Positions 29,927 through 39,826 of a DNA stretch of 64,000 nucleotides are shown in pieces. Position 1 is the first letter of the stretch. Every line of letters starts with the position of its first letter. Source of the stretch: Thermodesulfobacteriota bacterium (lineage in GTDB: Bacteria > Desulfobacterota > Binatia > Bin18); contig OZ219926.1 of assembly GCA_964291405.2 (NCBI GenBank), forward strand, positions 1,312,001 through 1,376,000, written 5' to 3'. The notes beneath the pieces were generated by a model. It saw only the letters and a program-made list of their open reading frames with translations. It had not been told where the DNA came from and did not search any database. Position numbers and translations under genes: made by a program.

Positions 29927-31009
29927 ATGATTGACGTTTCCTATACCACTGCTCCCTGCCCTGTCCGGGCGGACATCGAGGAAGCGCATACCCTTTTTTG
30001 GCAAAAACTCGCCGCTCCCGGCACGTGGTGGACTGGTGCTGAGCGTGTGGCTATCGGTGCAGAGGTGCGCCAAGCCCGTCACTGCCAGCTGTGCCAAGAG
30101 CGGAAGGCGGCCCTTTCGCCCACAGCGATCCAGGGGACTCACGATACTGGGGGAGTGTTACCGGAAACCGCCGTTGAGATGATTCACCGGGTCACGACGG
30201 ACCCAGGCCGGCTGAGTAAGCGGTGGTACGACGACCTGCTGGCCCGGGGACTGCCAGACACCCACTATGTCGAGGCGCTGGGCGTCGTTGGGCGCACGGT
30301 CAGTGTCGATTCGTTTTGTCGTGGCCTGGGTCTCCCGTTGCATCCCCTCCCAACCCCCGTTGCAGGCGAACCGAGCCGGCGGCGGCCGCCTGAAGCCACA
30401 CTCGATGGTGCCTGGGTTCCTATGGTTCCAAACGGACAAGCGAATGTCATCCGTGCCCTCAGTCTCGTCCCGGCCGAAGTGCACCTCAGTATCGAAGTTC
30501 TGCTTCCGGTTCAGTACATGGAAATCTCTGAGGTCAGGAATTTGTCGAGCGATCCCGGCCGTGCGATCAGTCGCTCCCAGATAGAGCTCCTCGCCGCGCG
30601 TGTCTCCGCGCTCAACCAGTGCTTCTATTGAACGACCGGTCATACGACACTGCTCCGGGGGAGCAGCCAAGTTGATGGAATCGATGTAGAACTGACGTCA
30701 GTTGTTGCTCCAGGTGTAGAGAGCGGCGTGCCTCATGGGGCATGCCTGACCGCCTTTGCGGAGGCCGTCCTCGGAACCGATGCTACCGCTCTGGTAGCGG
30801 CTCGTCAGCAGGTCCTGGCAGAGCTCGGTCCAGCAGGGCTGGTTGATGCGGCGGCCGTGGTGGCCACGTTCATGCAGATGGACCGGATTGCGGATGGGGC
30901 CGGGATCCCTCTCGACGCCGCTTTTGTTGAGCCAACCCAGGAAATGCGGACCAGACTGGGATTCAACGACTTCGCCTCGGCGCAGAATACGCTGAGCGTG
31001 GCTACCTAG
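29927..31009 (+). CDS. AhpD/CMD-like alkylhydroperoxidase-related selenoprotein (Sec at TGA 30629-30631, motif CFYU)
   Basis: ORFs 29909-30631 and 30728-31009 share a frame with only TGA between; context QIELLAARVSALNQCFY-U-TTGH is the AhpD CxxC..H site; SECIS-like hairpin 30650-30666. Confidence 0.88.
30650..30666 (+). promoter_or_regulatory. bacterial SECIS-like stem-loop
   Basis: ctgctc-cgggg-gagcag; loop starts 25 nt after TGA. Confidence 0.7.
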
Positions 31010-31190
31010 TCACATACGAAGAGAGGTCTTGCTGAGGCCTCGCCCAGCCCTCTTGGCTTTCCAGAGATGTTGGTCGAATGGCACCAGATGCACCCCTTGG
31101 CCTCGGCGTGTTGTCCAAGCACTCCTCCTGACGCGATCATCCGACGATCACTTTATTATGGGCTTTTAACAGACTCTCTGGAGGGGAAAA

Positions 31191-31844
31191 ATGAATAGAT
31201 ATCTTTTGGCCCCAGTCGCTTTCGCTATGAGTACGGTTCCAGCCTTTGCGCACCACCCGCTCGCCGGTGCGCCGATGGAAACCCTCACCGACGGAATCCT
31301 ATCCGGCGTTGGACACCCGCTCTTGGGCTTTGATCATCTCTTCTTCGTCATCGCCGTTGGCGTGGCGGCGCTGTACACCGGTCGCGCGAAACTGGCAACG
31401 GCAGCCTATGTTGGCGCGATGCTGACTGGGTGCCTGCTGATGAGTTTTGGCCTTGGTCTTCCTGTCAAGGAATTTGTGATCGGCATGTCGCTGCTGGTTG
31501 TCGGCTCTCTCATTTTGTCCGGTCGTGCCCTGGGTCTTACGCCGGCTGTCGGACTTTTCGCGGTTTTCGGCCTGTTCCACGGCTCAGCCTTTGGCGACAC
31601 GATCGCGGCCCAGGAAGCAGGGGCGAGTGCTGCTGTTCTGGTCGGCTATTTGGTCGGGCTTGGCCTGGTGCAATACGGCTTGGCGCTCTTGGCCGGATTT
31701 GTTGTTCACAATCTGCTGAAAGCAACAGCGGCGCAACATATTCATGCCCGCCTGGCGGGCGCTGTTGTTGCTGGTGTCGGCATGTTTTGCACGCTTGAGA
31801 ATATCGAAGGCCTCGTCTTCAATATGTTGGGCCTGGCTGTCTAG
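31191..31844 (+). CDS. hupE: HupE/UreJ family Ni/Co transporter
   Basis: AFAHH, SGVGHPLLGFDHL, FGLFHGSAFG; multiple TM helices. Confidence 0.9.
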   Translation: MNRYLLAPVAFAMSTVPAFAHHPLAGAPMETLTDGILSGVGHPLLGFDHLFFVIAVGVAALYTGRAKLATAAYVGAMLTGCLLMSFGLGLPVKEFVIGMSLLVVGSLILSGRALGLTPAVGLFAVFGLFHGSAFGDTIAAQEAGASAAVLVGYLVGLGLVQYGLALLAGFVVHNLLKATAAQHIHARLAGAVVAGVGMFCTLENIEGLVFNMLGLAV

Positions 31845-32096
31845 AGAAGCCAAGCCATCCGGCGCTGAAGTCCTGCATCCCGTGAAGCTGTTTGCGAAAG
31901 AGATTCTGCCAGGTCTGCCTTAAGCTGGTTCAATAAGGGAAGAACACCTCATGGCAGAAACACAAGAAATCATGTCGGGCCTCCTGTCGTGGTACAGGCT
32001 ACGGAAACGGTCCCTTTGTGTCATTTGGCCCGTTGTGCACGGCTTCCCGTTGGGACCGACGTGATCGGTCCCCTACTCTTTCATTCACCACGCGAT

Positions 32097-33239
32097 TTAT
32101 CTCAGCCCCCGGAAGCAGGTGCGCACCTCGCGTAGATACGACTCGGGTTGTTCGAACGCGGCAAAATGGCCGCCCTTGTCGAGTTCGTTGAAGTACACCA
32201 CGTTCGCGAAGCGCTTCTCGGCCAAGCGTCTGGAGGTGTGAAAGATTTCCTTGGGGAAGATGGAGCATCCGACGGGGACGTTGACCGGATCCTGCCGGGC
32301 GAATGCCTCGTTGAAGCTCTCCCAATACAGTCGTGCAGAAGATGTGGCGGTCGCCGGCAACCAATACAGCATCACGTTGTCGAGCAGCTCATCCCGCGTA
32401 ACAACGTTCTCCGGATGGCCATCGCAGTCCATCCACGACCAGAACTTCTCGATAATCCAGGCCGCTTGTCCGGCGGGGGAATCGGTCAGACCATACCCGA
32501 CCGTTTGCGGCCGGGTGCTTTGCTGCTTGGAATAGCCGGAGTCCCAGTCGTTGTAATACTTCATTTTTTCGAGCGCCGATTTTTCCTGTTCCGTCAAATC
32601 GTCCATCGTCGGATCGGGCATCGCCAGCACGAGGTTCATGTGAATGCCGAGGCAATTGTCTGGATCCTGCACGCCGATGTACATCGTCACCACCGCGCCC
32701 CAATCGCCGCCCTGGGCAGCGTAGCGCGTATAGCCGAGCCGCTGCATCAACTGCGACCAGGCGCGTGCAATGCGTTGCACCTTCCATCCGGTGCGTGACG
32801 GCTTATCGGAGAATCCGTAGCCCGGCAGCGACGGGGCAACCACGTGAAATGCGTCGGCAGCATCGCCCCCGAACGCGGTCGGATTTGTCAGCGGCTCGAT
32901 GACTTTATGGAACTCGACGATCGATCCCGGCCAGCCGTGCGAAATCACCAGCGGCATCGCATCAGGATGCGGCGAGCGAGCGTGAATGAAATGAATCCCC
33001 AGTCCGTCGATCGTGGTCCGGAACTGCGGAAAGCGATTGAGCTGCTCCTCGCGCGCCCGCCAGTCGTATTGTTCGAGCCAGTATTGGCACAGCTCCTGCG
33101 TGTAACTGAGCGGGATACCCTGGGTCCAGTCGTCCACACATTCCGGCTCGGGCCAACGGGTGTTGCGCAGCCGCTGGTTGAGGTCGTCGAGCTGCGCGTC
33201 AGTTGCCGCAATGCGAAAAGGTTCGATATGATCACTCAT
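32097..33239 (-). CDS. epoxide hydrolase (EHN + alpha/beta hydrolase)
   Basis: YDWRARE, HGWPGS, PSLPGYGFS, QGGDWG, GGHFAAFE. Confidence 0.95.
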   Translation of the reverse strand: MSDHIEPFRIAATDAQLDDLNQRLRNTRWPEPECVDDWTQGIPLSYTQELCQYWLEQYDWRAREEQLNRFPQFRTTIDGLGIHFIHARSPHPDAMPLVISHGWPGSIVEFHKVIEPLTNPTAFGGDAADAFHVVAPSLPGYGFSDKPSRTGWKVQRIARAWSQLMQRLGYTRYAAQGGDWGAVVTMYIGVQDPDNCLGIHMNLVLAMPDPTMDDLTEQEKSALEKMKYYNDWDSGYSKQQSTRPQTVGYGLTDSPAGQAAWIIEKFWSWMDCDGHPENVVTRDELLDNVMLYWLPATATSSARLYWESFNEAFARQDPVNVPVGCSIFPKEIFHTSRRLAEKRFANVVYFNELDKGGHFAAFEQPESYLREVRTCFRGLR

Positions 33240-33288
33240 GAATTGCCATCCTTCCGATCATGGGTTTACAGCCAGCAGTCATCATAGG

Positions 33289-33357
33289 ATGCCTTTACGT
33301 ACCACAGACTCAGATCAGAATCATCGGTTTCCACCCGCAACCATTAGCGACCAGTGA
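33289..33357 (+). mobile_element. IS6-family transposase N-terminal scar
   Basis: MPLRTTDSDQNHRFPPATIS*; shares cgtaccaca and gaatcatcggtttccacccg with the scar at 56243-56337. Confidence 0.55.
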
Positions 33358-33547
33358 CAACAAGGCTTGACAAAATCAATGAAACGAGAAGATATGGCAC
33401 CAGCTTTTTTTGAGATACCGGGGCATTTTCCTATCGGGATAGACTGCCGGTGAGGTGGCCGCACACTCACTCGTTTCCCATTAGGGCACTGGCTTCTCCT
33501 TCATTGGCATTTTCCTGGAAGACGCTCGGAAAGGGGAGGGAAATCAT

Positions 33548-34072
33548 ATGAGTGACACGATCGACGATCTGGTGGCGCGTCTGACACGCCTGGAAGACCT
33601 CGAAGCCATTCGGCATACGTGGCGGGACTATTGCATGCGACTGGATTCTGCGGATTGGAGTGCGCTCGGTGATGTGTTCACCGAGGACGCCGTCCTCGAG
33701 ATGGATGGACTGGACCATCTGATCGAGGGACTAGATGGTCAGTATTGCGGCCGACAGACGATCATCAACGACTTCTATCGGCAGACCGGGTCTGTGCTTC
33801 CGCACGGCGCCAAGCCACTGTTCGTCACCGGTCATCTCAGCACAAACATGCAGATCGAGCTCCAGGGCGACGAGGCCACCACGCTCGCGTACTTTTTCGA
33901 GATCGTCGCGAACGATCGGGTGTTGATCGGGACGTATCAACATCGACTCCGTCGCGAAGCGGATCGCTGGCGGTTTCGCTTCTTGCGCATCGCGATTCGG
34001 TATCGGGCTCGGCTGGAAGCCACGGACGTAGGCGGCCAATCGCTGAACGACATCCTCGCACGTCCGGTCTAG
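33548..34072 (+). CDS. SnoaL-like / NTF2-fold protein
   Basis: RLTRLEDLEAIR....DYC..LD, VFTEDA, G..TI, H.STNM.IEL.GD.A, G.Y...LRRE...WRF. Confidence 0.85.
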   Translation: MSDTIDDLVARLTRLEDLEAIRHTWRDYCMRLDSADWSALGDVFTEDAVLEMDGLDHLIEGLDGQYCGRQTIINDFYRQTGSVLPHGAKPLFVTGHLSTNMQIELQGDEATTLAYFFEIVANDRVLIGTYQHRLRREADRWRFRFLRIAIRYRARLEATDVGGQSLNDILARPV

Positions 34073-34156
34073 CTTATCGCTGGTCGTCCTCCTGAACTCT
34101 TGCGTCCGCTGGACAGGGTGTGAAAGAACCACGGAGAGAAAAACAAGGAGGAAGAG

Positions 34157-35230
34157 ATGGCAGACCCACAGTTTGACCAGGCAAGAGCCGACGCCTTTTC
34201 CCAAAAGATGCTCGGCATCTTAAATGACGCGAGTGTGGCCCAGATGATAGTCATCGGCCACCAAGTCGGCCTGTTTGACACACTGGCCGGCTTAGCCCCC
34301 TCGACGAGTGAGCAGATTGCGGCGGCGAGTGACTTAAACGAACGCTACGTACGCGAGTGGCTCGGAGCCATGGTGACCGGCCGGATTGTAGACTATGACC
34401 CTGCCGGGAAAACCTACCGCCTCCCGCCTGAGCATGCCGCCGCCATCACTCGAGCGGCCGGCCCGAAGAACCTCGCGGCGCTGCTGCAAATGGTGCCAAT
34501 GGTGGCGAGAGTCCAGCAGGGCATCGTGGACAGTTTTCGCAATGGCGGCGGCGTGCCGTATTCAGCGTTCAGCGACTTCCATCAGCTGATGGCCGAGGTG
34601 AGTGGAGCCGTCCACGATGTGTCTCTCGTGAACACGACCCTGCCCCTCGTCTCCCAGCTGGTCGAGCGTTTACGCACGGGCATTGACGTCCTCGACGTCG
34701 GGTGTGGAAGTGGCCATGCGGTCAATCTCATGGCGCAAGCGTTTCCGCAGAGCCGCTTTACAGGCTATGACTTCTCGGAAGAAGGCGTCGCTGCGGGACG
34801 GGCGGAGGCGCAGGAGTGGGGGCTCACCAATACCCAGCTGGCCGTCAAGGATGCGGCCGAGCTCGACGAGGTCAGCCGCTACGACTTTATCACCGCCTTT
34901 GATTCTATCCACGACCAGGCGCATCCCCGCGCCGTGCTCAAGGGCATTGCCCAGGCCTTGCGGCCCGACGGCACGTTTTTGATGGTGGATGTGAACAGCT
35001 CGAGCAATTTGGAGGAGAACCTCGACCATATCCTGGGGCCGATGCTGTATAGCATCTCATGTATGCATTGAATGTCGGTCTCATTGGCCCTCCGGGGTGA
35101 GGGTCTCGGCGCGATGTGGGGCAGACACAAGGCTCAGGAGCTGTTGAGCGAAGCCGGCTTTACTCAGGTCACCATCAAGAATGTGGAACAGGATATGATG
35201 AATAACTACTACATCTGCACGAAGGGCTAG
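34157..35230 (+). CDS. Rv2258c-like class I SAM-dependent methyltransferase with N-terminal winged helix; in-frame TGA (probable Sec305, CMHU)
   Basis: [26 protein letters not shown]; after TGA 35069 the frame continues [25 protein letters not shown].....[12 protein letters not shown] to TAG 35228, which is the conserved family C-terminus. Confidence 0.88.
35086..35105 (+). promoter_or_regulatory. bacterial SECIS-like stem-loop
   Basis: ggccctc-cggggt-gagggtc; loop starts 22 nt after TGA. Confidence 0.65.
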
Positions 35231-35289
35231 CGAAGACGGCGGCATGTGGAGGGGTTAGAGGTTGTAGGGACAAAGATAGGCCGTTGTCC

Positions 35290-36468
35290 TTATGTGGGAG
35301 ATATCTGAGTATCCTCCAGGCTTTCCATTTCCTCCTCCCATGTCATACGCTTCCTCAAGGAGTTCAAGACCGGTTCGGAAGGCAGGGCTTCAGGGAAAAG
35401 GACCCCTCGCTGCGTAATGGTCCCATCGGCTAAGAGCATGATGGCAGCGACCGCTGGTCCGGTGATAATCAGGTTTCGATCGGCTGAAGCCCCACGAAAC
35501 GTACAGCGGGTACGGACACCGTGCTTCTCTCCCTCGACATAGACAACGACCCCAAATCCAGTCCCCTTGGCAGCATCGAGCGCTGTAATCCGCTGAAATA
35601 GTGGGCTCTCGACAAAGTACCGCGAGGTCAAAAACTCCACCATAAAATCAAAGGGGACAATAGGACTCTCGCCAACTTGCAAGGGTTCTGTGGTGCATAA
35701 ACGCGCGTCTCGCAGAAAGGTCAGGAGTGAGTTAAACTCCTCCACCCAATACCCACCCTTACACACGACTGCCTGCGGCTCCTTGAGCAGGGCACGAGAG
35801 GCGTGGAGCATCAAGGGCTCCCCATGTCCTACTACCCGTACGGTCTGCCGACCGATCGGCGGGGGAAAATCTAAGCTTTCCTCCTCTGTCCAGGCCTGGA
35901 TCTCTTGGATCTGGCCAGCGCGACAGACAGGAACAGAGGCGCTCGCCATACCCATCCGATGGATCCACAGGGCGCGGGCAAAAACGCTGATGCTGGCAAT
36001 CCAATTGAGACCAATCCGATCTACGCGCTCCAGCCTATCTGCCCCAGCTCGGGCCCAGAGGTTCGTCAGTCCTGGGGAACCTCCGATTCCCAGGACGAGC
36101 GTACAGCCACGCCGCTCAGCTTCTCCACTATACTGAGCCGCCAGATCACTGACGTTGAGATCATCGTTGATATCGACATAGTGGACTCCCGCCTCTACCG
36201 CAGCGCGCATACCGGGCAGACCCGTATCGGAATACGGGCCGGCAAAGTTGCCGATGAGATCCGTGTTGCGCGCGGCCGCCAAGAGGGCCGTATGATCACG
36301 AATATCCAGACCGAGACCTGCGCTCGCCCCAACCTCTTGAGCAACCCGCTTGGCCCGCTCCCCGTCCAAATCTGAGACGACAAGTTCAGTAATACTGTTT
36401 TCCTGGGCCAAAAGCTTGGCAATCCGAGAGCCTTGGGTGCCCGCGCCTCCGAGTAGCAGCACACGCAT
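35290..36468 (-). CDS. saccharopine dehydrogenase-like oxidoreductase
   Basis: LLGGAGTQG, NFAGPY, A.EAGVHYVDI.DD, G.GGSPGLTN, GHGEP, GVLFPEA. Confidence 0.88.
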   Translation of the reverse strand: MRVLLLGGAGTQGSRIAKLLAQENSITELVVSDLDGERAKRVAQEVGASAGLGLDIRDHTALLAAARNTDLIGNFAGPYSDTGLPGMRAAVEAGVHYVDINDDLNVSDLAAQYSGEAERRGCTLVLGIGGSPGLTNLWARAGADRLERVDRIGLNWIASISVFARALWIHRMGMASASVPVCRAGQIQEIQAWTEEESLDFPPPIGRQTVRVVGHGEPLMLHASRALLKEPQAVVCKGGYWVEEFNSLLTFLRDARLCTTEPLQVGESPIVPFDFMVEFLTSRYFVESPLFQRITALDAAKGTGFGVVVYVEGEKHGVRTRCTFRGASADRNLIITGPAVAAIMLLADGTITQRGVLFPEALPSEPVLNSLRKRMTWEEEMESLEDTQISPT

Positions 36469-36500
36469 CAGTCCCCTCCCCTTGTGGCGAGCGCTCGTAT

Positions 36501-37142
36501 TTAGGCAGTCGCCCGCAGGCGGTCCGGCACTTCGAGCTCAGCGATCACTTCATCGCTCGTGAGCACCCGGCAGAAGGCCAGACGCAGAATTTCGAGGCTT
36601 GCCTCATGGGCCTGTTGCGAATAGGTGGCGTTGGCGTCGCTGACAAAAAACACCTTATAGTCCAGCATCGCAGCGTCCCGTGCGGTGGACTCACAACAGA
36701 TATTGGTAGCAACCCCGGTGATAATCAGACTTTCCCTTTTGAGACCTCGCAGGAGGCCCTCAAGGTTAGACGAGCCAGGAATGAGCGCGCTCCAGCGACA
36801 CTTTTGGACCTGATGATCTTCAGGCTGGACGTCAAGCTCGGCGTAGAGCTCGACCCCCGTCGTCCCTTCGATCATGGGCGGCAGAAAATCCCACATCAGG
36901 CCGGCATCGCTGCCGTCTTTCCGTTCAACATGCCGGATCCAAATGACAGGGACTCCCGCCTGCCGGCACGTGTGAGCCAGCCGGTTGATGGTTGGGACGA
37001 TCTCACGAGCGGCCGGGACCTCGCTGTGCGCTCCAGGTAGCAGGACGTCGTTCTCCATATCGATAACGAGAAGCGCGACGTTTGCCGGATCAATGTGCCA
37101 ATCGGTTTTCCTGTGCGGATCAAACGCTGTCGTGTGTGCCAT
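36501..37142 (-). CDS. isochorismatase-family cysteine hydrolase
   Basis: ALLVIDMEND, K.RWSA, ITGVATNICCESTARDA. Confidence 0.93.
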   Translation of the reverse strand: MAHTTAFDPHRKTDWHIDPANVALLVIDMENDVLLPGAHSEVPAAREIVPTINRLAHTCRQAGVPVIWIRHVERKDGSDAGLMWDFLPPMIEGTTGVELYAELDVQPEDHQVQKCRWSALIPGSSNLEGLLRGLKRESLIITGVATNICCESTARDAAMLDYKVFFVSDANATYSQQAHEASLEILRLAFCRVLTSDEVIAELEVPDRLRATA

Positions 37143-37370
37143 GGGACATCCTCCTTTTCGTCAGCGAATTGTCAGATAATTCGTGCAGGGAGTATAGGCT
37201 CTTTGGCTTCTGCAAGTCAAAGAGACATTGAAAAGCCAACCATACAGTCGAGCTAAGAAGATGACGAAGCCCTGCCCAAGGTCATGGGGACGAGGTTGCT
37301 CTGCCTATCCCCGAAGCCGCTCCGGTAATCAGGGCTACTTTATCTTCGAGTCGCATGGGTCCACTCTCCC

Positions 37371-38882
37371 CTATTTGGACAGCAAACTGGCCGCCACCCC
37401 ATTCACTTGCACGGCGGGGGTTCCTGCGGCGAGCACAGCGGCGGCCTCTTTCTCGACCAGCGTGCCATTGAAAAAATCCGGGTTGGCGTCGGCCCAGAAA
37501 TGGACCGGATTCGCCAGTACGAAGTCACGAAAATTGTCTGCATCCATCAAGCCATCTTCAACCAGTTCGTAGGCTTCGGGTAAGACCCCAGCCATGTCCG
37601 TCACGTCGAAATGGCCAATGTCCGAACCGAATAAGGCGTTCAACTGCGAGCCGAGCGGAAGATTCTTCCGATTAAAAGCCACGGCGTTCATTTTATCATC
37701 CGCCTCGCAGCCGAAATAAAAATTCTTGGCAAACAGCTCGTGAAAGTCCTGCTTCTTATCGATCTGGCACGCTGCGTAATCATCCAGATTCTCGATGCCA
37801 CCCGTCTCGGGACCATACGGCTGCGTGACCGTGTCCAGGGGCGATTCACTCTCTGTTAACGCGTCGACGATTTCTTGACTTCCGTACGATTCAGCCAACT
37901 GCCGCAGCAAATCCACATCGAGATTGTCTGGCCTGACTTCCTCCAAGGCGTCCACATTACGCTTCTCCCAGTGCTCGATCAGATCAACGTACAGCTGACA
38001 CGCCCAGCCGACGCCGCCTTCCAGAAAACCAAACTTCAGGGTCGGAAACCGACGAGTCACACCGCCCAAAAAGAGCGCTTTACACACCGCTTCACCGGCA
38101 GCGGCAAAATGGCCAATGTGGTTGTAGCAAAAGTTCGAGGGCGAGACGCGCAAGCCGTAGCCTTTGCTACCGGAATGGAAGGTCGGCGAGAAGCCTAACT
38201 CGACACACTTCGCCCACACGGGGTCATAATCATGTTCGCTGTCGAGTCCGAGGACATCGTACCAGGCGGCAACGCCTGCGGCTGTGGGATGTTCTTCGGC
38301 AATAGCGGGTATCTGACGTCGCATCATGCTGCCCAGCATGACGACCTTTAAGCCTAGTTGATGTTTCACATGTTCGAGTTCTGTAATGGCTTCTTCCGGC
38401 GTGTGCATCGGAATTACAGCCACCGGCGTCAGGCGATCCGAGAAGTTGCGAAAATAATCGGCACTAAATGTATTGAAGGCCCGGCAGGTCACCCGTCGCG
38501 TCTCGTCATCGGCAATCGTGGGGAGTGACAGACCTATAGTCGGATACATGACCGAAAAATCGAAACCGAGTTCATCCATGCGTTCATACAGCAACTGCGG
38601 CATAAACGCCGTAGCACGGTCGCGCGTATTCCTGGTTGGGAATCCCCAGAACCCCTGCTGCCCAATCCGTCGCTTACGCCGCTCAGCCACCGACATCGAG
38701 AGTTGCCGGTCGACCAGCGCGGGGCGTAATGAGAACCCCTCCGCGGCCATGTCCCCACCAATCTTTCGCAGCCGTTCCTCGACCAACGGCCCAAACTCCA
38801 GCCAGTGTCCGTCGGCGTCAATGATCGGGTGGTTCAGCTGCTTCCGCAGTACTGTGTTCCTGGTAGTTCCGTTACGACTCAT
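37371..38882 (-). CDS. amidohydrolase_2 family protein (long type)
   Basis: PIIDADGHWLE, CRAFN, PTFHSG, FGFLEGGVGW, FGSDIGHFD. Confidence 0.9.
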   Translation of the reverse strand: MSRNGTTRNTVLRKQLNHPIIDADGHWLEFGPLVEERLRKIGGDMAAEGFSLRPALVDRQLSMSVAERRKRRIGQQGFWGFPTRNTRDRATAFMPQLLYERMDELGFDFSVMYPTIGLSLPTIADDETRRVTCRAFNTFSADYFRNFSDRLTPVAVIPMHTPEEAITELEHVKHQLGLKVVMLGSMMRRQIPAIAEEHPTAAGVAAWYDVLGLDSEHDYDPVWAKCVELGFSPTFHSGSKGYGLRVSPSNFCYNHIGHFAAAGEAVCKALFLGGVTRRFPTLKFGFLEGGVGWACQLYVDLIEHWEKRNVDALEEVRPDNLDVDLLRQLAESYGSQEIVDALTESESPLDTVTQPYGPETGGIENLDDYAACQIDKKQDFHELFAKNFYFGCEADDKMNAVAFNRKNLPLGSQLNALFGSDIGHFDVTDMAGVLPEAYELVEDGLMDADNFRDFVLANPVHFWADANPDFFNGTLVEKEAAAVLAAGTPAVQVNGVAASLLSK

Positions 38883-38999
38883 GATCGCCCTCCTTGCGCC
38901 GATTTTCGTATGTTCCTCTTCGCCGTTATCACTTGAGACACTTCACGGATATTCCGCGGAGAAGTCAAGCGGGACAGCGGGTGCTGTCTGACTGAACTT

Positions 39000-39192
39000 C
39001 TACCGAAAGGCGTTGCGGTGTGCCGCCGCCGGGTGGGTAGCCGGAAGCCTATCGTCACCAAAGATTTTTCGGCGCAGGGTACCGGGAGTGTACACCTCTT
39101 TGGCAAGCCCCCGCTTCCGCAGCTCGGGCATGACGTGCTCGATGAACTCCGTGTAGCTACCGGGGATGGTGGCGTTGATGACATTGATACCG
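39000..39192 (-). pseudogene. C-terminal remnant of a NtaA/DszA/SoxA-family flavin monooxygenase
   Basis: GINVINATIPGSYTEFIEHVMPELRKRGL.KEVYTPGTLRRKIFG..RLPATHPAA; no upstream part, abuts the higB promoter. Confidence 0.75.
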
Positions 39193-39207
39193 TTTCTCCC
39201 CTTTCTT

Positions 39208-39236
39208 TTGACACCCGATACGTAACGGGTTACACT
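39208..39236 (+). promoter_or_regulatory. higBA sigma70 promoter with HigA operator; leaderless start
   Basis: TTGACA-17-TACACT; gtaac-gg-gttac palindrome overlaps the -10; ATG at 39242 has no RBS. Confidence 0.8.
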
Positions 39237-39241
39237 GCGCC

Positions 39242-39520
39242 ATGATTCGCAGCTTTCGCCACAAGGGATTACGGCAGCTTTACCGGACGGGCAAGACTGC
39301 CGGGCTGAATCCCCAATGGTTGAAACGTTTGCGGGCCATCCTGGCGCGATTGGACGCCAGTACACGGCCCCAGGATATGGACCATCCGGGGTTACGGCTC
39401 CACCCGCTCAAGGGGGAGTGGGCCGGATTTTGGGCGGTCGAGGTATCGGGGAACTGGCGGGTGGTGTTTCGCTTTGAAGATGACGCCCCCAGCGACGTCG
39501 ATTTGATCGATTATCACTAG
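39242..39520 (+). CDS. higB: HigB (RelE/ParE superfamily) toxin
   Basis: MIRSFRHKGL, PGLRLHPLKG, W.V.VSGNWRVVFRF, DLIDYH. Confidence 0.95.
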   Translation: MIRSFRHKGLRQLYRTGKTAGLNPQWLKRLRAILARLDASTRPQDMDHPGLRLHPLKGEWAGFWAVEVSGNWRVVFRFEDDAPSDVDLIDYH

Positions 39521-39532
39521 GAGCAAAAGACC

Positions 39533-39826
39533 ATGGTAATGCATAATCCTCCCCATCCTGGCGAAACGATCCGGGAACTGTGCTTGGAACCTTTGGGCCT
39601 GACGGTGACGGCGGCGGCGGAAGGTCTGAGGGTCTCGCGGAAAGCCTTGTCTGAACTGCTGAACGGCCATAGCAGTATTTCTCCGAGTATGGCCGTTCGC
39701 TTAGAAAAGGCTTTTGGTGGGAGTGCGGAAAGCTGGCTGCGGCAGCAAATGCAGTATGATCTATGGCAGGTGCAAAAGCAGGCCGGGAAGATCAAGGTCA
39801 AACGCTTTGAGTTGCCCCCGGCCTAG
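39533..39826 (+). CDS. higA: HigA antitoxin (XRE HTH)
   Basis: [26 protein letters not shown]...IS..MA.RL.KAFG.SAESWL..Q..YDL. Confidence 0.95.
   Translation: MVMHNPPHPGETIRELCLEPLGLTVTAAAEGLRVSRKALSELLNGHSSISPSMAVRLEKAFGGSAESWLRQQMQYDLWQVQKQAGKIKVKRFELPPA

Noticed and set aside
31010-31190. Cobalamin or NiCo riboswitch upstream of hupE/ureJ
   Set aside because: Could not find the B12-box or other conserved riboswitch elements by eye; an Infernal search would be needed
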